Made by a program: the position numbers and the translations under genes. A model generated the notes under the pieces. It had not been told where the DNA came from. It saw only the letters and a program-made list of their open reading frames with translations, and did no database searches. DNA of 64,000 nucleotides from Mycoavidus cysteinexigens (GTDB taxonomy: Bacteria > Pseudomonadota > Gammaproteobacteria > Burkholderiales > Burkholderiaceae), in the NCBI GenBank assembly GCA_031963225.1, contig JASSUD010000001.1:23942-87941 (forward strand). Reading direction: 5' to 3'. Each line of letters begins with the position of its first letter. Within the stretch, counting starts at the first letter, position 1. Positions 25,071 through 37,149 of the stretch are shown here, one piece after another.

Positions 25071-25408
25071 TATTTCTCCTTTGAGAGGTGGAAATACAGG
25101 GATAGATAGAAAGCGATTTAATCTGAAGTGGTGATTTTTATCATGAAAAGTGTATTTTTCTGCTACGGTTTTTTATGGATACATTTTTATAAAAATACAT
25201 TTAAAAATAATGTTTTTATCTTATTTAGTTTAATTCGCGTGTGTGTCTATTGCGTGTGCTTGGGTAGAGGCCCAATCACGTGCTGAAGAGCGCCCATGCT
25301 TGGTGCACATAAAAAAATGCCCCAATAGTGAAGTGCCCACCAAAAGTCAGATCTGATATTCAACTTTCGCTGGGCACTTTAATATTAGGGCTCGTAGCTC
25401 ACTAAAAC

Positions 25409-27412
25409 CTATGCGTAATTATTTTTTTTATCGTTTCTATATTTTTTAATAAGCGCTATTTCTTCAGGGCTTAATATAAGAACAGAGTCATCGCCGTCGT
25501 CGTTTTGCGCTGGTGCAAAGGTGCTTTTCTTTACTACTACAGGAGATCCTGGGTCAGAGCTGCTATCAGAAGAAGGTGAGGTGCTTCTAGATAGGCCTGG
25601 CATACTTCCGTCTGATGTGTCCGAGTTTGTATCTGAGTTTGTGGAAATGGTTCGTGCTCTAGGCTGAAGCAATGTGGTGTTTGTTGCTGGAGTATCTTGT
25701 ACTACTCCCATCGCTGGTGCGCTAGTAAGGGCCAATTGCGGCGTAGTAGAGCCGGTAAGTTGGAGCAGGATTTCTGGGGAAATATTGAGTGCTCCGCTTT
25801 GTGCTTGTGCCAGAAATAATGTGGTGATTAGTTGCTGCTGCCGTTGCATGGCTTCCATTCGGGCCGCCATTTCATTGATTACACTGACTCCTACTGAGAG
25901 GTCTTCGCGTATAGACCCAAAACCTTCCTGAACTTCTTCTTGCACCTCTTCTACTGTGGTTTGAAAACGTTTTTGAGATTTTTTGATATCTTCGCTAGCA
26001 TTAGCTATTTCATTAAGGGCTGCTACTCCCGTTTGCATATCTTGCTTAATTTCACCTGTTTCCTGAAGTAGTACAGTTGCTCCTGTGCGCAAATCTTGTT
26101 TGATTTCGTCAGTGTGCTGAGTGATTTTTTTAGAAGTTTGATGCGTTGCGTTAGTTAATTCATTAAGTACAGTTGCTCCTGTACGCAAATCTTGTTTGAT
26201 TTCATCTGTATGCTGAATGATGGCTTTAGAAGTTTGATGCGTTGTGTTAGTTAATTCATTCAGCGCAGTTGCTCCTGTACGCAAATCTTGTTTGATCTCG
26301 TCAGTATGCTGAATGATTTTTTTAGAAGTTTGATGCGCGGTGCTAGTTAATTCATTAAGTGCAGTTGCTCCTGTACGTAAATCTTGTTTGATTTCATCTG
26401 TGTGCTGAATGATTGTTTTAGAGGATTGATGCGTTGCATCAGCTAATTCATTAAGCGCAGCTACTCCTGTGCGCATATCCTTTTTGATTTCGCCCGTTGC
26501 TGAATTAATTTGATCAGTTTGCTGGATTATGGTTTTGGAATTATTATAGGTTTGCCAAATAAGTTTACGGAGCTGATCGGAAATGTCAGTAAGGGGATTC
26601 ATAATCTTTTTATTGAGCTCGTTAGCATAATTGGTTTTCGCATAATGCCGATCTATGATCGATGTAGCGATAGCGTTGTATAAAAAGAGCGAGGTAAAAA
26701 TAGCCAGGGGAACGCCACAAGCCACTAATGGGGAAACAACCAGTAAACCCGCTTGGATAGTACCCGCCCATATAGTGCTAAGACCTAGCGCACTCCCTAA
26801 CAGTCCTTTCGTTCGGGGTAAGGTAATGAGGTACTCTATAGTAGAGAGAGGTTTATGGGCTCGTGCTGTCAATAGCGCTTGCAGATCGGTGGTGCTTTGA
26901 TCTAGACCCATTAATTCATGCTGAAAATATTTCCCTTGTATAGCCTGTGGACCAAAAGGTGCTTCCTCAGGTTCTTTATCCCATGCAAGGTAAATCGCTT
27001 TCTGTGCTTCAGAGGATGGTTTTTGCGCTGGATTTTCTGCGCATGCATATAGCTGTTTAGCAATACTAGTACGGTTCACTAGTAAATTATGACTTTTATA
27101 GAGATCGGCCTCTCGCTGCTGCTTATCTTTTTCGGATAGCCAAAAATCATTATAAAACCGTTCAAAGCGTGTATTTTTGTTTTTCTGCTGATCTGCTGTA
27201 ACCAAGCTGGCGTCCTGCTGCAGGCCGCTTTTTTTAGAAAGCCAATCGTTGTATTGTGATTCAAAATATTTGTCTTTAAAAGCATATTTTTTTAATTCTT
27301 CTTCCATGGGAAGAAATAATGCTTTTTGCTGATCAAACGTTTTTTTTGCATCTTGATAGGGCAAGCTGAAGAAATGCGCAGCCATATCAGAATTGGGTTT
27401 AAACGTTCTCAT
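25409..27412 (-). CDS. Hypothetical membrane protein: N-domain, ~50-aa bilobed hydrophobic segment, 32-aa tandem coiled repeats, Ser-rich tail (667 aa)
   Basis: ATG at 27412 preceded by GGAGG (the track start 27436 is TTG). LLGSALGLSTIWAGTIQAGLLVVSPLVACGVPLAIFTSLFLYNAIATSII. Repeats TGATALNELT.T.HQTSK.IIQHTDEIKQDLR. Tail GLSRSTSPSSDSSSDPGSP. Confidence 0.8.
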   Translation of the reverse strand: MRTFKPNSDMAAHFFSLPYQDAKKTFDQQKALFLPMEEELKKYAFKDKYFESQYNDWLSKKSGLQQDASLVTADQQKNKNTRFERFYNDFWLSEKDKQQREADLYKSHNLLVNRTSIAKQLYACAENPAQKPSSEAQKAIYLAWDKEPEEAPFGPQAIQGKYFQHELMGLDQSTTDLQALLTARAHKPLSTIEYLITLPRTKGLLGSALGLSTIWAGTIQAGLLVVSPLVACGVPLAIFTSLFLYNAIATSIIDRHYAKTNYANELNKKIMNPLTDISDQLRKLIWQTYNNSKTIIQQTDQINSATGEIKKDMRTGVAALNELADATHQSSKTIIQHTDEIKQDLRTGATALNELTSTAHQTSKKIIQHTDEIKQDLRTGATALNELTNTTHQTSKAIIQHTDEIKQDLRTGATVLNELTNATHQTSKKITQHTDEIKQDLRTGATVLLQETGEIKQDMQTGVAALNEIANASEDIKKSQKRFQTTVEEVQEEVQEGFGSIREDLSVGVSVINEMAARMEAMQRQQQLITTLFLAQAQSGALNISPEILLQLTGSTTPQLALTSAPAMGVVQDTPATNTTLLQPRARTISTNSDTNSDTSDGSMPGLSRSTSPSSDSSSDPGSPVVVKKSTFAPAQNDDGDDSVLILSPEEIALIKKYRNDKKNNYA
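26022..26554. repeat. In-frame tandem repeat array, 96-bp period (about 5 units plus partial units)
   Basis: The marker AGTTGCTCCTGT recurs at 26075, 26171, 26267 and 26363, with AGCTACTCCTGT at 26459. Spacing is exactly 96 nt. Units are roughly 85-95 percent identical by eye. Confidence 0.9.
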
Positions 27413-27617
27413 ACATCCTGCCTCCACGCCCTTCAATTAGGCGTATTGCATGTTGGAATATCGAAGCTACAAGCTGTGTACTATAGTGGGGTGGGGTGTA
27501 TATTTATATACTATAAATACTGTATTTATATTATTGTATTGCAGGGTGCTTGCTATGCAGATCTGTCTTCGGTATGGGTGGTCTTTATCACTTACTTTTA
27601 ATTTTTTATTTTAGAGT

Positions 27618-27684
27618 TTTTTTAAGCAGGTTTTCAAGGGCGTGGTGGTGTGCGTGTTGGGGTTCCTTCGTCACCCCAACCTAC
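27618..27684. repeat. REP unit (long form, forward)
   Basis: TTTTTAAGCAGGTTTTCAAGGGCGTGGTGGTGTGCGTGTTGGGGTTCCTTCGTCACCCCAACCTAC. Lies in the divergent intergenic region between the 25409 and 27917 genes. Confidence 0.8.
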
Positions 27685-27916
27685 CGTGCTAATAGTTTAT
27701 TAGGTAATTTAAGAGGTCTCTGCATATGGTTTCTCCATTTTCAAATAGGCTTATTTCGTTTGGTCATATTGGTTCAATGGAGTAGGGTGGGTTGGGAGAT
27801 TATTCGGAGTTTTCTTAGTGAGAAAATGCTGAGTTTTATAGGTTCAAGAATGTATCCTACCGCGAAACTGCACAGAGGGTGCAATAGGAAAACATAGAAT
27901 TTATAAGGAGCATGTA

Positions 27917-28789
27917 ATGCGTGTGCAAGGGGCTGGATTAAGCGGGCAGAATGTGTCGTATGGAGTACGGCAAAATGTAAAGGGAAATCGAGAGGTACCA
28001 GCTCATTTTATTAGCCCCTCTGCAACCTATTTTATTGATAAAAATATACAGAAAAGTAGGCCACTTCCTGTGCAACTGAAGTCAGCGGCAAGGTGTAGGC
28101 CCATACAAAATCAACAAAGCCATCTTGATTCGAGATGCGCTGGCGAGCCATCGCCCACCATATCAAAAAATAATTATAGGAGGGGGAGAGAAAATTATAA
28201 TAATAGATCTACCATTGCATCGCTTGCTTCTCATCCGCACCGAACTATTCTGCCTCATTTTTATGAGTCAAATTTTTTAAATTCAAGAAAATTTGAAGGG
28301 TATGACGATGGTATTGAAAGTACACGTGTACCTCTTAAAATTTCAATACATCCTTCTCGTGATCGTGGAAGAGAATTGCTGGTTGATTCTCCTGTATCTC
28401 GTGCTAGTTCAGAAGGTGGTGTGGAGCTTAAAAAAAATCCTATTCAACATAATCCTCGAGCACAATTAAATAAGTGCATTGAGTTATTACAGTCTGGTGC
28501 TATTGTTTTGGAAAACAATAGTGTGGATGATATTTTTGAGAGAGTGTCTGCTGAATGTAATTTTAGCGATGAAAACAAAGAATTATTTAAAAAGGCTTTG
28601 AATAAGCGTGCGCTTACACAGCCAAGGCTGTTGAGAATTTTAGAAATATTCAGGGATGCTCCAAATATGGATAATCCTGTAAAACCAACCTTGTTGAATA
28701 AGATGAAGCTTTTCTTTCTAAGAACTAGAAATGATTGGGAATACAAAAAAATGATTTTTGCTCAAAAAGGTTTGGGTGTGTTGCGATAA
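27917..28789 (+). CDS. Hypothetical basic protein (290 aa)
   Basis: AAGGAG RBS 7 nt before the ATG. No TM segment and no recognisable domain. Confidence 0.6.
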   Translation: MRVQGAGLSGQNVSYGVRQNVKGNREVPAHFISPSATYFIDKNIQKSRPLPVQLKSAARCRPIQNQQSHLDSRCAGEPSPTISKNNYRRGRENYNNRSTIASLASHPHRTILPHFYESNFLNSRKFEGYDDGIESTRVPLKISIHPSRDRGRELLVDSPVSRASSEGGVELKKNPIQHNPRAQLNKCIELLQSGAIVLENNSVDDIFERVSAECNFSDENKELFKKALNKRALTQPRLLRILEIFRDAPNMDNPVKPTLLNKMKLFFLRTRNDWEYKKMIFAQKGLGVLR

Positions 28790-28947
28790 AATGAAATTTT
28801 CTATTTGGAAGATATAGAGCAGGGTGGCGGACTTTTTAAAATATGCGTGTGTACATGCAGGTGTCTTGGTATTAAAATTGCAGTCCTTTTCTTGCTAGGG
28901 TTAATTTTTACAATAAAAATTTATCCCATTTCATCAGGTATATAGCG

Positions 28948-29271
28948 ATGTCCTCCCCCAGTTTTTATAAAAACCATCTATTTTTTTGTACCAATCAACG
29001 TGCAGATGATGCGCGCCCTTGCTGTGCAAACCGAGGTTCAAAAGAGCTTATGAGTTATGCCAAAAAGCAAGTGAAAGCGCTTGACTTGGCTGGGCCTGGG
29101 AAGGTGCGTGTGAGTTCGGCAGGATGTTTAGGGCGTTGTGAAGAGGGACCTGCTGCGGTGGTATATCCGGAAGGTACTTGGTATACGTGCATGGACCAAT
29201 CTGATGTAGATGAAATTATTGAAAAGCATTTAAAAAATGGACAGCCCGTTGAGCGTTTGCTTATGGATTAG
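28948..29271 (+). CDS. Thioredoxin-like [2Fe-2S] ferredoxin
   Basis: HLFFCTNQR..PCCANRGS..VRVSSAGCLGRCEEGPAAVVYPEGTWY, the Cys pattern and length (107 aa) typical of this family. Confidence 0.8.
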   Translation: MSSPSFYKNHLFFCTNQRADDARPCCANRGSKELMSYAKKQVKALDLAGPGKVRVSSAGCLGRCEEGPAAVVYPEGTWYTCMDQSDVDEIIEKHLKNGQPVERLLMD

Positions 29272-29326
29272 AATTATTTTTTGAAAAATGCGTAGGTTTG
29301 TGCCAACCAAAAACCTATGCATCAAT

Positions 29327-29458
29327 GTAGGTTGGTGGTGACGAAGGAACCCCAACATGCACACCATAGTCTTTTTGCATACCTGCGTTAATGTATAAGC
29401 AGGTTTTAAAAGAGGTAGTGGTGTGCATGTTGGGGTTCGTGCCTCACCACCAACCTAC
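29327..29458. repeat. REP pair (reverse + forward units)
   Basis: GTAGGTTGGTGGTGACGAAGGAACCCCAACATGCACACCA .. AAGCAGGTTTTAAAAGAGGTAGTGGTGTGCATGTTGGGGTTCGTGCCTCACCACCAACCTAC. Lies between convergent genes. Confidence 0.85.
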
Positions 29459-29491
29459 GCGATATATAGTGGAAATGGCTTTTAGATATTT

Positions 29492-30664
29492 TTATTGCGC
29501 TTTATTTTGAAGTAGCGCGATAATAATTTGTTGGCCCTCTGAAAATGTTTTTAGATCTGCTTTTACCTCAGTCATATCCTCTTCAAGTTTTTTAATCTTT
29601 TCACCTACTACTCTATGCAATTTTACTTCAATGCGTTCTTGTCCACGCTCAACGCTGTCAATTTTTTGAGTTAATGCATTAAATCCTCGTTCTAATACCC
29701 CCACTATTTGAGTGACACTATTCAGGTTCTGTGTTACTCGACCTACATGTGCTTGAATTGCATTAACTTCTGCTTCCAAGTTACGTGCTACTTTGACAAA
29801 TTCATCAAAATTTCCATTTTGCCGTACGAGTACTGTTTCAGTGCGTCGGGGTAAATTGGGCAGCATGCCTATATCCATAAATTTCTCCATTAATGAGTTA
29901 CATACTTGAATCAACTTGAGTTGATCTTCTGTGTTTGCCTGCTCGGCACGGTTTTTAAAATAAGTTGCTATGGTCCAAATGATGCTAATGGCTCCGCTTA
30001 TGAAAGCCATGTGTTGCACGGTAATATGTGATACCAGGCCTGATTGCGCGATTAATCCCCAGCCCATCAGTGCTACTGGAGCTAAGAATCCATGTAATTC
30101 TTTTAGAAAATATGCTAATACTCCATGTGTGGCTGGGGTTTGAACGTATTGTATGGGGTGTGGCGTGGCGGCGAACTTAATGCGGTCTAATTCTTTTAAT
30201 GCGCTTTCAAGCTGGCATTGGTTTTCTGCAGTGTCATTTTCACAAAGGGCTTGTGTGATTTTGTAAATGATTTTGACTTGATATAGTCCCGCTTCAATAT
30301 GTCGTTGAATAGTTACTTTGTCTGCTTTAAATAGGTATGCTTTGACCACGTTTTTTTCAAGGTCAGACCATGAGGCTTCCAGGTTGGTTTGGGCTTCTAT
30401 ACACGCAGCGGTTAACCGTTTCCATTCAGGTGCTGTATTGGTAGTGTTAAAAGATGATGGAATGGCCTCTGCATTTAGTGTGTTCTGTTGAATAGCAGCA
30501 TCTTTGTATTCTTTTTTTTCAAGTTTATATGGGATAGAGCCAACTATTTCAGAAGGAGGCGCCATACGCTTTGGGTTGCGGCTAGTTGATCGACACTTAT
30601 GTGGAATAAATCGGCAGTTTTGCCTAGGTATATTGGGTAAATGTGCGGAATCTGTGCCAATCAT
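29492..30664 (-). CDS. Hypothetical membrane protein: N-domain, bilobed hydrophobic segment, coiled-coil C-terminal half (390 aa)
   Basis: Strong AGGAGGG RBS. FLAPVALMGWGLIAQSGLVSHITVQHMAFISGAISIIWTIATYF, then heptad-rich LEAEVNAIQAHVGRVTQNLNSVTQIVGVLERGFNALTQKIDSVERGQERIEVKL. Confidence 0.75.
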   Translation of the reverse strand: MIGTDSAHLPNIPRQNCRFIPHKCRSTSRNPKRMAPPSEIVGSIPYKLEKKEYKDAAIQQNTLNAEAIPSSFNTTNTAPEWKRLTAACIEAQTNLEASWSDLEKNVVKAYLFKADKVTIQRHIEAGLYQVKIIYKITQALCENDTAENQCQLESALKELDRIKFAATPHPIQYVQTPATHGVLAYFLKELHGFLAPVALMGWGLIAQSGLVSHITVQHMAFISGAISIIWTIATYFKNRAEQANTEDQLKLIQVCNSLMEKFMDIGMLPNLPRRTETVLVRQNGNFDEFVKVARNLEAEVNAIQAHVGRVTQNLNSVTQIVGVLERGFNALTQKIDSVERGQERIEVKLHRVVGEKIKKLEEDMTEVKADLKTFSEGQQIIIALLQNKAQ

Positions 30665-31080
30665 ATTTCCCTCCTAAATAGGTAGTAATAGGAGAACGGT
30701 AGCTAGGCAGAGGTGGTACACGGAATAAAGCATAATTTTCTCGCCATGAACGCTAGGTTTTTTATGTGGCTTGGGTAGCGAGTAAATACACTGCCTGCCC
30801 AGGCCCTGTTTTCGACATTCCGAAGTAACTGAGAGTGTCTAGGCATAAAATTAAACCAAACAAGTTAATTAATCAACCATTTTGATAAAAATATTCTATT
30901 TAGTTGATTTTATAGGGCGTTGCCCGTATAAAAAGCATAGGTTCTCAGCAGGGGCCGGCCGATTGGTGTATACGCTTTATCAAGCTATTGAAGGCGTGCG
31001 CCGCATGAATGCAGGCGATGGTCTTCAGGCAGCAAATGAAGTCAAGCAAACCCATTCCACCCATTAAGTAGAGCAAGCGC

Positions 31081-31476
31081 ATGGACAATAATTCTAAAAA
31101 AGTAAGCGGTTTTACCCGTCTTTGGGGTGCATTTGGACATACTTACTGCGGTATACGCGATGCCATACGGGAAGAGCGCGCATTTCGCCAAGAGTTTTTA
31201 TTGGCTTGTATTTTTATTCCGCTTGCGATGGTATTGCCCGTCACTGTAGTTGAGCGGCTTATGTTGATTGGCTCGATACTGGGGGTGCTCAGTATGGAGT
31301 TACTCAACTCAGGCATTGAAGCGGCTATTGATCGTATCTCATTAGAACAGCACCCACTTGCCAAGCGGGCGAAAGATTTTGGGAGTGCGGCTGTGTTTAT
31401 CGCGCTGTGTGGGTGCGCATTGATATGGTTATCACTTGTCGGTCCGCTGGTATGGCAGCTGGTTATAGCACGCTAA
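31081..31476 (+). CDS. dgkA: Diacylglycerol kinase
   Basis: Collinear with E. coli DgkA as recalled: GFTRL..AFRQE..ELLNSGIEAAIDRIS..HPLAKRAKDFGSAAVFIAL. 131 aa. Confidence 0.9.
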   Translation: MDNNSKKVSGFTRLWGAFGHTYCGIRDAIREERAFRQEFLLACIFIPLAMVLPVTVVERLMLIGSILGVLSMELLNSGIEAAIDRISLEQHPLAKRAKDFGSAAVFIALCGCALIWLSLVGPLVWQLVIAR

Positions 31477-31680
31477 TGCAAGGCTGTGCGTAGCTTCGCC
31501 TTTTCATACGATTTTTCTATTGTTCTCCTGCCCTGTATATAGATATTTCCTACAGTTCACATCTAGCTACGTTATTACTCTTTGGATTTGTATAACGCGG
31601 TGCAAGGTACTCTAAAAAAGTATATGTGATGGATGTGTTGCTGTTTACTCAGCGCATGGGTATAGACAGGGGGAGAGCAA

Positions 31681-32106
31681 ATGACTTATCCGACAACAAT
31701 AAATAATAATTCGCGAGTATATTTTGGGGCTCATAATTATTCGAATGCGACTCAAATGGTCCGAAAGCCACCTCGGGCGTTTGTACCTAGTCCATTGGGG
31801 CGCCATCACACTAACAGATCGCAGTTACCAACTGCCTATGATGATGTTGAGCCTGCTAGGCCTACTCAAACGAAGAACATCAATCAAAATAAAAGTAGAA
31901 ATAGAGGCGGATGCTATAAAGCAATGGGGGCAACGCTTGCTGTCACAGGGCTTGCAGCGGTAGGGAGCGCAATGTATTTACACTACGCCCCTAATGAGCA
32001 GGTAGATATCCACCCAAATATTGTTATGGGCTTAGGTATTGGAGGGCTTATGCCATTGTGTGTAGGCCTAGTATTAACAGGTATGGGCATATCTAAGAGT
32101 CCGTAA
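31681..32106 (+). CDS. Hypothetical protein, disordered N-half and C-terminal bilobed Gly-rich hydrophobic segment (141 aa)
   Basis: GGGGGAGAG RBS. AMGATLAVTGLAAVGSAMYLHY..IVMGLGIGGLMPLCVGLVLTGMGI. Confidence 0.6.
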   Translation: MTYPTTINNNSRVYFGAHNYSNATQMVRKPPRAFVPSPLGRHHTNRSQLPTAYDDVEPARPTQTKNINQNKSRNRGGCYKAMGATLAVTGLAAVGSAMYLHYAPNEQVDIHPNIVMGLGIGGLMPLCVGLVLTGMGISKSP

Positions 32107-32240
32107 TGTAGGGCGGAATATTAAAAATTCCGCGGTGTGCACGGCTTGATCATGCCAGTTATCCAAGGAATAGGGAGATCTGGTAGATAAACCGTGCATC
32201 CATCGATTTGCCTTGAGAGGAGCCATTGCGCTTAGCCGTA

Positions 32241-32753
32241 TCAATAGCGTATGCCGCAGCATATCGCTATCATGCCTATGACCATAGTTCCAGCGCCGGC
32301 ACTGGCTAAAGTGGGATTAAAAGAAGAATCTGCACCGCTTTTAGCGGCTAGTGCTAGAGGTGCCGCTCCTGTAAAAAAAAGACCGAAGCCGATTAATTGA
32401 ATTGCAGCTTTTACCTTCCTCCTTCTTGATTCTGATATGGAAGAAGGGGAGTTCGATATGCATATGCTCTGAGGTTTAGGGCTTTCGCTTCGTATTTCAA
32501 TATTGCCTGTACAGGGGGAGAGGTTCCCTATCTGAATGATATGTTCATTGGAAGGTTGATTTGCGGCGTTTGTAGAGGGGGGCGGCGGTGCAAAAGGAAG
32601 ATTCTGTAATTTGCCCAATGACTTTACAGGAGATTTGCGTGTGGAAGGAGTCCCGATAATATGCTGGGTAGCCATACCACAGTGGTCTGCATCAGGAATC
32701 ACGCTTGATTCTTTACCGATGGAGCTAGGGTTCGTAGAGTTTAAATGAGGCAT
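32241..32753 (-). CDS. Hypothetical protein, disordered N-half and C-terminal bilobed hydrophobic segment (170 aa)
   Basis: ATG at 32753 preceded by GGAGAGAGAG (the track start 32855 lacks an RBS). AAIQLIGFGLFFTGAAPLALAA..LASAGAGTMVIGMIAICCGI. Same architecture as its convergent neighbour. Confidence 0.6.
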   Translation of the reverse strand: MPHLNSTNPSSIGKESSVIPDADHCGMATQHIIGTPSTRKSPVKSLGKLQNLPFAPPPPSTNAANQPSNEHIIQIGNLSPCTGNIEIRSESPKPQSICISNSPSSISESRRRKVKAAIQLIGFGLFFTGAAPLALAAKSGADSSFNPTLASAGAGTMVIGMIAICCGIRY

Positions 32754-32943
32754 CTCTCTCTCCAGTACACAATACGGCCTGACAGCCCGCATTCGCTTCT
32801 TAGGGCTTCTAAAGCCCTTTGGCCGCTCTATGTATAGAGACCAGATAGAGCGCATTCAAGGTGCACTGTAGAAAATATCAAGAGATAAAGAGATGCGTAT
32901 TAGAAAAAAAGTATGGTGCAGCGAAGCGTATTCTAGAAAATCA

Positions 32944-32975
32944 AAAAATAAAGGGCTCTAGGAGCCCTTTATTTG
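32944..32975 (-). terminator. Intrinsic terminator downstream of thiC
   Basis: AAAGGGCTC-TAG-GAGCCCTTT stem, followed on the minus strand by ATTTTTTGA. Confidence 0.6.
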
Positions 32976-33006
32976 GAGTGTATCGACGTGGAATTTTAAT
33001 AATGAT

Positions 33007-35145
<2,139 letters not shown>

Positions 35146-35168
35146 CTACGACAACAATCAAAATAAAA

Positions 35169-35254
35169 TGGTGCGCCCGGTCGGACTCGAACCGACACGC
35201 CCATTAGGCGAGAGATTTTAAGTCTCTTGCGTCTACCTATTCCGCCACGGGCGC
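35169..35254 (-). tRNA. tRNA-Leu (anticodon UAA)
   Basis: Minus strand GCGCCCGTGGCGGAATAGGTAGACGCAAGAGACTTAAAATCTCTCGCCTAATGGGCGTGTCGGTTCGAGTCCGACCGGGCGCACCA. 7-bp acceptor stem, anticodon loop CTTAAAA, long variable arm, GGTTCGAGTCC T-loop, encoded CCA. Confidence 0.9.
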
Positions 35255-35507
35255 ATTTTTAGAATGTGCTCAGAACTACAAAGCAGAATGTACCACATGT
35301 CCTGCGTGTTCTTAACTACGAGCAAATTACATAAGGCCGCGATTATAGACCGTAAATTGCAGATTGAAATAGTCCTTTATGAATAAGGTTGCATAAAAAA
35401 ATGGTTTGTTCGCTAGAATCACGTTTTTTACATTGGAGCTGGTACTTTTTTGTGCCGGAGCAATCAGATAGCGCAGTAATCACGGGATGATGAGGAAGGA
35501 GCGAGGG

Positions 35508-36968
35508 ATGGGTCAGAATACTGCGCAAGCAGGGATCAACAATCAAGTGGCAGGTATACAGAGCGTTGCGCAGGTGTTGCAGTGTGTAAAAGATGCCAAT
35601 ATCCAGTTTATCGATTTGCGGTTTACGGATACGCGAGGTAAAGAACAGCATGTTTCTGTGCCTGCCAGTGCATTTGATGCAGATAAATTTGAAAGCGGCC
35701 AGGCTTTTGATGGCTCGTCAATTGCGGGGTGGAAGGGTATTGAGGCATCGGATATGCTGCTTATCCCCGATCCTAAAACTGCCTATGTAGATCCTTTTTA
35801 TAATGATCCAACGCTGGTATTGACCTGTGATGTGATCGAACCATTTGATGGAAAAGGGTATGAGCGCGACCCTCGTTCCTTGGCAAGGCGTGCAGAGGCC
35901 TATTTGAAGAGCACAGGGTTGGGAGATACCGCTTATTTTGGTCCTGAACCAGAATTTTTTGTTTTTGATTCCATACGCTGGCAAGTCGATATGTCAGGCT
36001 CTTTTGTGGCGATAGACTCTCAAGAAGCGCCTTGGTCTTCTTCCAAAGAATATGCAGGGGGTAATAGTGGACACCGGCCCAATACTAAAGGCGGGTATTT
36101 CCCAGTGGCGCCTGTAGATACTTTTCAAGATATGCGTTCAGAAATGTGTCTGCTGCTTGAACAAATCGGCATTCCTGTAGAAGTGCATCACCATGAAGTG
36201 GCCGGTCAAGGACAAAACGAAATCGGAACCAAATTTTCTACATTGGTTCAGCGTGCAGATTGGACGCAGACGTTTAAATATATCGTGCATAACGTCGCGC
36301 ATCGGCTAGGAAAAACTGCAACGTTTATGCCTAAGCCTGTGGTAGGTGATAACGGTTCGGGTATGCACGTACACCAATCTATCTGGAAAGATGGACAAAA
36401 TTTATTTGCCGGCAATGATTACGCAGGGCTCTCCGAATTCGCGCTCTATTATTTGGGCGGAATCATGAAGCATGCTCGTGCACTCAATGCGTTTACCAAT
36501 CCAACGACTAATTCTTACAAACGTCTAGTGCCGGGCTATGAAGCACCTGTAAAACTGGCCTATTCAGCTCGTAACCGTTCTGCAGCGATTCGCATTCCGT
36601 ATGTGACCAATGCACGAGGCCGTCGTATTGAGACGCGTTTTCCGGATGCTATGGCTAACCCCTATCTGGCTTTTTCTGCTTTATTAATGGCCGGTTTAGA
36701 TGGCGTGCAAAATAAAATTCACCCGGGTGAGGCTGCGGAGAAAAATTTGTACGATCTTCCTCCTGAAGAGAATCAAAATATCCCCACGGTGTGTTCTAGC
36801 TTAGAGCAAGCTTTAGAAAACTTAGATCAAGACCGCGCCTTTTTAACGCGAGGCGGGGTGTTTAGTAATAGTATGATTGATGCTTATTTAGAGTTGAAAG
36901 AGGCAGAAGTTACGCGTTTACGTATGACGACGCATCCAGTAGAGTTTGAAATGTATTATTCATTGTAA
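35508..36968 (+). CDS. glnA: Glutamine synthetase type I
   Basis: [34 protein letters not shown] and adenylylation-site-like [13 protein letters not shown] at 35508 follows AAGGAG (track start 35487 also possible). Confidence 0.95.
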   Translation: MGQNTAQAGINNQVAGIQSVAQVLQCVKDANIQFIDLRFTDTRGKEQHVSVPASAFDADKFESGQAFDGSSIAGWKGIEASDMLLIPDPKTAYVDPFYNDPTLVLTCDVIEPFDGKGYERDPRSLARRAEAYLKSTGLGDTAYFGPEPEFFVFDSIRWQVDMSGSFVAIDSQEAPWSSSKEYAGGNSGHRPNTKGGYFPVAPVDTFQDMRSEMCLLLEQIGIPVEVHHHEVAGQGQNEIGTKFSTLVQRADWTQTFKYIVHNVAHRLGKTATFMPKPVVGDNGSGMHVHQSIWKDGQNLFAGNDYAGLSEFALYYLGGIMKHARALNAFTNPTTNSYKRLVPGYEAPVKLAYSARNRSAAIRIPYVTNARGRRIETRFPDAMANPYLAFSALLMAGLDGVQNKIHPGEAAEKNLYDLPPEENQNIPTVCSSLEQALENLDQDRAFLTRGGVFSNSMIDAYLELKEAEVTRLRMTTHPVEFEMYYSL

Positions 36969-37024
36969 AAAATGATTTTTTTTTTTGAATGAAGAAAATG
37001 TGGGGCTATACCTCCACTAAGATA

Positions 37025-37044
37025 GGGCGTGTCCTCAATTGCCC
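37025..37044. repeat. Solo terminus of the second MITE family
   Basis: GGGCGTGTCCTCAATTGCCC matches the GTCCTCAATTGC termini of the element at 58215-58344. Confidence 0.5.
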
Positions 37045-37049
37045 TAGTG

Positions 37050-37088
37050 AAAAACGGCCTAGCTTAAAGCGAGCTAGGCCGTTTTTTT
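37050..37088. terminator. Bidirectional terminator between glnA and bamD
   Basis: AAAAA-CGGCCTAGCT-TAAAGC-GAGCTAGGCCG-TTTTTTT. Confidence 0.8.
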
Positions 37089-37149
37089 CGATATATATTC
37101 CTTGCCCAATATGCGAGCCACTTCCTTCTTGATGACCCGCTTACCAAAA

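Noticed and set aside
30882-31067. 61-aa ORF upstream of dgkA
   Set aside because: It has no RBS, begins at a non-ATG codon in an AT-rich stretch, and has no similarity to anything recognisable. It may be dgkA leader or promoter DNA.
742-32900. The island considered as a prophage, integrative element or secretion-system locus
   Set aside because: There is no integrase, no capsid, tail or terminase genes, no conjugation or secretion-apparatus genes, and no flanking direct repeats or tRNA at the borders. The only mobile traces are an IS3 orfA remnant and REP/MITE elements.
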